From the sequence record PV231354.1: DNA of 64,000 nucleotides; one strand, given 5' to 3'. The notes under the pieces were generated by a model. That model was not told the origin of the DNA, searched no databases, and saw nothing but the letters and a program-made list of their open reading frames with translations. The translations under genes were made by a program, and so were the position numbers. This document shows, in pieces, positions 60,607 through 64,000 of the stretch. Every line of letters starts with the position of its first letter. The stretch's first letter is position 1.

Positions 60607-60617
60607 CCCTTCGTTAA
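60603..60617 (+). promoter_or_regulatory. CtrA box promoter
   Basis: GTAA-N7-TTAA. Confidence 0.7.
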
Positions 60618-60670
60618 GACCCGGCCGCTAGAGTGGCCGGGTCATCAACCCCCCGCAAGGATCGCCCGAC

Positions 60671-60949
60671 ATGCGCAAGCCCCTGACCCAAGAGCAAAAG
60701 GCCCGCCGCCGCGCGCAACGCCGCGCCGCCCGCCTGACCTGGAGCGACGAACGCCGCGCGGCCGAATACGCCCGCCAATCGCGCTTTTTCCTGATGATCG
60801 CCGAACGCGCCCAAGTCGCGGGCGACCGCACCGAAGCCGCCCGCCTCGCCACCGTCGCGCAACGCAAGGTAACGAACTGGCGCATGGCTCAAGCGTGCGC
60901 CCGCATCAACGCCCTTTCCGTCCACGCCTGGGCCGCTGTCGCGGCCTAA
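60671..60949 (+). CDS. basic hypothetical protein
   Basis: AAGGA SD; Arg-rich. Confidence 0.75.
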   Translation: MRKPLTQEQKARRRAQRRAARLTWSDERRAAEYARQSRFFLMIAERAQVAGDRTEAARLATVAQRKVTNWRMAQACARINALSVHAWAAVAA

Positions 60950-60966
60950 CCGGAGAACCCCGCCCC

Positions 60967-61290
60967 ATGCCCCCGATGACTCACCCTCACGCCCTGGCCT
61001 TGATCGCGCTCGCTGAAAAGGTCTTGCCCCTGACCCGGCTGGACCCGCTGAATCAGCGCGCCGCCGCTGTCGATCTTATCGGCGACCTCTACAGCCTCGC
61101 CGACTCCATCGACGCCACCGCCGGCCACTTGGTCGCCGCTGTCAACGGCGCCTTGCGCGACGGCTGCGAGGGTTACGCGCCCAAGAGCCGCGCCGCCGCC
61201 GCTGTCGCCAGCGTCCGCGCCGACGAACTGCGCGCCGCCCTGGAAGCCTACACCGAAGCCGCCGCCCTGGCCCTGCCGAAAGTCGCCTGA
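60967..61290 (+). CDS. Ala-rich hypothetical protein
   Basis: GGAG SD. Confidence 0.7.
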   Translation: MPPMTHPHALALIALAEKVLPLTRLDPLNQRAAAVDLIGDLYSLADSIDATAGHLVAAVNGALRDGCEGYAPKSRAAAAVASVRADELRAALEAYTEAAALALPKVA

Positions 61291-61291
61291 C

Positions 61292-61876
61292 ATGACCGTC
61301 ACCCGCTACCGCCTCCCGCCCGCCGGCCGTGTCGCCCGCGAACTGTCGGAAACCCATTTCGCCGCCCATGACCTGCTAGGCCACGTCAACGGCGCCGCCC
61401 TGACGCCCGACGACGCCCGCAAGCTGGCCAAGACTCGCGACTCGCTCATGACCTTCGCCGCCGGCGCCTATACGTTCAAGGCCCCCGACTCCGTGCTCGC
61501 AACCCTGCTTTGGGTTGTCGAAATGGCGCAAGAGCGCGCCACCGACTCCGACTTCAACACGGCGCGCGAAGCGCTGGACGAACACGACGCCTTAGCGTTC
61601 GTCACCGATTGGCTAGAGGCGCACGGGCTGGACGTGGCCCGCATCCGGGGCGCCGAGTTGAGCGCCGAAGCCCGCGCTTCGTTGGTTGAGGAAGCGAACG
61701 CCGAACAAGCCAAGCTCGACGCCCTGGAAGCCGCCCAGAACCCCGAAACGGCCGCCGACGTGATCACCGAAGCCCTCGCCCCGTTCCTGGGCTCCACGGT
61801 CGCGGAAAACCACGCCGACGACGTGCTAGACGCCCTCACGCGCGCCGGCTTCACCCTGACCCGCAAGGAGGCCTGA
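61292..61876 (+). CDS. hypothetical protein
   Basis: ORF in operon. Confidence 0.75.
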   Translation: MTVTRYRLPPAGRVARELSETHFAAHDLLGHVNGAALTPDDARKLAKTRDSLMTFAAGAYTFKAPDSVLATLLWVVEMAQERATDSDFNTAREALDEHDALAFVTDWLEAHGLDVARIRGAELSAEARASLVEEANAEQAKLDALEAAQNPETAADVITEALAPFLGSTVAENHADDVLDALTRAGFTLTRKEA

Positions 61877-61880
61877 AACC

Positions 61881-62369
61881 GTGCGCACCGTGACCCGCAA
61901 CGCCGACCCCGCAAAGATCATCGGGGGCTATCTCATGAGCGCCCAACGCTCCGGCGCCCTGACCGCCTCAGACGAGGTTATCGCCACGCTTGAGGCCGCC
62001 GGCTATGTCATCGCCCGCCGCCGCGACGTGTTCACCGATACCGGCCAAAAGCTGGGCGCCGTCCTGGCGTCGCTTTATGACGCCGTGCCGAATTCGGCCG
62101 TCCGAACCCAACGCCTCGCCGACGCTCTGAAGCCGGCGCGAGATTACGTCTATCAGCCCCGGTTCCGGGTTGTGCTGGACGCCGCGCCGGGCGCTCGCCT
62201 CACCGACTGCGAAACCGGCGCATGCGTCTATTTCCAGCCGGGCGACGACGCCGACGCCTTCCGCGAAGAGTTTGGCCCGTGGGTGCGCGACGACGCCCCC
62301 GAAACGGCCGAAGGCCAGCCCCTGGCCTCGATGATGGACCCGACCGCCGAAGAGTATTTCAGCGGCTAA
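61881..62369 (+). CDS. hypothetical protein
   Basis: AAGGAGG SD. Confidence 0.75.
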   Translation: MRTVTRNADPAKIIGGYLMSAQRSGALTASDEVIATLEAAGYVIARRRDVFTDTGQKLGAVLASLYDAVPNSAVRTQRLADALKPARDYVYQPRFRVVLDAAPGARLTDCETGACVYFQPGDDADAFREEFGPWVRDDAPETAEGQPLASMMDPTAEEYFSG

Positions 62370-62393
62370 GTCATCAAACCTACCGTCTATGAC
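62370..62393 (-). promoter_or_regulatory. 24-bp dyad site, copy 3 (inverted)
   Basis: Reverse complement GTCATAGACGGTAGGTTTGATGAC. Confidence 0.5.
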
Positions 62394-62550
62394 ATGTCAC
62401 GGGCTGAATACTTGGCCCGTGACGACTTCCACTAGTAAAGCTCACGCCTGTTTTCGTGACATAGCGCAAGGAACTGAAATCGTTGGAAAAACTCCTAGAG
62501 GGTCACAAAGTTCTGGTTTGGCTGCTGCTTCTGGCTTGCCTCTGGCGCTT

Positions 62551-62565
62551 TTAACCCTTTGTTAA
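62551..62565 (+). promoter_or_regulatory. CtrA box promoter
   Basis: TTAACCCTTTGTTAA. Confidence 0.85.
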
Positions 62566-62639
62566 GACTTTACCCGCTAGGGTGACTTTGCGGCCGGGCA
62601 ATCCCGCCCCGCCGCCCTTCCTTCTCTGGAGCCGCTACC

Positions 62640-63080
62640 ATGCAAACCGCTTCCGTGATCCTCCCCGCCCAAACCCTGGCCGGCGCCGACCTTGGCCCCG
62701 TGCTGATGGTCTTCGCCCTGGAACTGTCGCAGCACTTCGGCGACGTCGCCCAAGCCCCGACCGTCGAGCGCTGGACCGATGAGGCGACGGGCGCCGAATT
62801 CGTCGCCGACTGTGTGGCGTTCACGGTGTCGGCGGACTGGACCGCCAAGGGCGGACGCATGGCGCGCCGCCTGGAGAACATGGCCGCCCGCTACGCCGCC
62901 CCGTGCGAGGCCCCGGCCCTGACCGTCCAGCACGCCGACGGCTCAACCGTCTACGTCGCCGCCCTGGAGGCCCTGGCGCGCCCTGCCCCGGTGCAAGGCC
63001 CCTCGCGCATCGCAGACCCGGCTTTCCTGCCCCGCCAGCGTGAGGACAAGGCCGCCCGCTTCGAGCGCCTGACCGCCTAG
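62640..63080 (+). CDS. hypothetical protein
   Basis: GGAG SD. Confidence 0.75.
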   Translation: MQTASVILPAQTLAGADLGPVLMVFALELSQHFGDVAQAPTVERWTDEATGAEFVADCVAFTVSADWTAKGGRMARRLENMAARYAAPCEAPALTVQHADGSTVYVAALEALARPAPVQGPSRIADPAFLPRQREDKAARFERLTA

Positions 63081-63104
63081 GCCCTGGCCTAGCCTCTCCC
63101 CTTG

Positions 63105-63137
63105 GCGCACCGCCTCGCAAGCGGTGCGCTTTTCTTT
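63105..63137 (+). terminator. intrinsic terminator
   Basis: GCGCACCGC/GCGGTGCGC stem + TTTTCTTT. Confidence 0.8.
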
Positions 63138-63142
63138 GCGTA

Positions 63143-63157
63143 TTAACTTGTTGTTAA
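63143..63157 (+). promoter_or_regulatory. CtrA box promoter
   Basis: TTAACTTGTTGTTAA. Confidence 0.85.
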
Positions 63158-63225
63158 GAGTTTAGCTGATAGTGTCTCCTTGTTGGCGGCGCATCCCGCG
63201 CCGCTCCTCTCTTGGATCGCTCGAC

Positions 63226-63618
63226 ATGGCCCGCCCTTCTGACCTGCTCAACGTCAACGCCGCCCGCGTCCTGGCTTGCCTCGAAGCCCTGGCCGGCGTC
63301 GTCAAGACCGCCCCGGAAGCCGACCGCGCCGCCTTTTCCTTCCTGCTGGACGCGGCCGAATTCGTCGCCTCCTGGCGCCGCAACCATACGGAAACCGACC
63401 GTCGCCGCGCCTACGGTGCGGCGTGCGCGGCGCAAGCCCTGGCCCTGACCAATGCCTATCAGCCCGCGACCATGCAAGGCGGGGCGGTGCGCCGCGCCCT
63501 GGGCGCCTATGCCGCCGCCCTTAAGCTGCTGCTGGACGGCGAGCCGGTGCAAGCCGTGCGCGCGGCCGAAGGCGCCGCCCAAAGCGTGCGCGGGCGCTTC
63601 GCTAACACCCGCATCTAG
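63226..63618 (+). CDS. Ala-rich hypothetical protein
   Basis: Start reassigned to ATG 63226. Confidence 0.7.
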   Translation: MARPSDLLNVNAARVLACLEALAGVVKTAPEADRAAFSFLLDAAEFVASWRRNHTETDRRRAYGAACAAQALALTNAYQPATMQGGAVRRALGAYAAALKLLLDGEPVQAVRAAEGAAQSVRGRFANTRI

Positions 63619-63632
63619 TAACCTTTTGTTAA
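63618..63632 (+). promoter_or_regulatory. CtrA box promoter
   Basis: GTAA-N7-TTAA. Confidence 0.7.
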
Positions 63633-63676
63633 GACCCCCTGGCCTATAGTCAGGGGGTCGCAAGGAGACACCCGAC

Positions 63677-63868
63677 ATGACCCGCCCCGGCCCCGCCTCG
63701 CTCCTCTCGCCCGCCGCCACCTTCTCGGCGCATAACCTGACCCTTCCGGGCGCTCGCCCTATGCCCCTGCCCAAGGCGCAAGGCCTGACCTATGGCCAGT
63801 GCATCGCCCTGGGCGCGAGCCTGGGCTTGCTGGGCTTCCTCGCCTTGCGCGTGTTCGGTCTGGTCTGA
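63677..63868 (+). CDS. small protein with C-terminal TM helix
   Basis: AAGGAG SD. Confidence 0.7.
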   Translation: MTRPGPASLLSPAATFSAHNLTLPGARPMPLPKAQGLTYGQCIALGASLGLLGFLALRVFGLV

Positions 63869-63898
63869 CCAGACCCCCGGCGCCCCCGGTCGCCTCGC

Positions 63899-63931
63899 GG
63901 TAGGGCTGTCCCATATTGAGACGGCCCTACC
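63899..63931. repeat. 12-bp hairpin related to 56023-56058
   Basis: GGTAGGGCTGTC-N9-GACGGCCCTACC. Confidence 0.7.
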
Positions 63932-64000
63932 GGGGTAGTGTTTCTTTTTGGGACGAGGGACCCAAAGGCCCCCTACGTTAACCATTTTTGGCGGCGCCCC

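Noticed and set aside
1-64000. tRNA, rRNA, integrase, reverse transcriptase/DGR or cas genes
   Set aside because: No recognisable cloverleaf or T-loop signature, and no YxDD, tyrosine/serine recombinase or Cas motifs found by eye; a tRNAscan/HMM run would be needed to exclude them fully.

Overview
This window looks like the right-hand part of a large, GC-rich Caulobacter phage of the phiCbK-like group. That is an inference from a GcrA homologue, an intein-split terminase, CtrA boxes and dense runs of small hypothetical genes. Layout: (1) 1-7331, a leftward block with a 5'-nucleotidase, an XRE regulator, GcrA and an 83-aa PolA-palm-like ORF. (2) 7469-46507, about 90 small rightward genes driven by repeated sigma70-type promoters (TTGACA-N17/18-TAGAAG-like), each followed by a conserved CGACGACAAC(G) leader and a Shine-Dalgarno (SD) sequence; 14 copies in the window, including one leftward. 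(3) 46689-48200, a tandem winged-helix gene beside a ~37% GC island and direct repeats (candidate origin). (4) 49579-54578, a packaging module: RuvC-like resolvase, TerS, and TerL with an atypical Pro-initiated intein. (5) 54579-64000, a probable long terminal-repeat/first-entry region with a 6 x 24-bp array, a GTTAAC-dense tract and 16 small genes, 12 of them with their own CtrA-box (TTAA-N7-TTAA) promoter. No tRNA, rRNA, CRISPR array, integrase or reverse transcriptase was recognised. All family assignments come from motifs read by eye; no database search was run.
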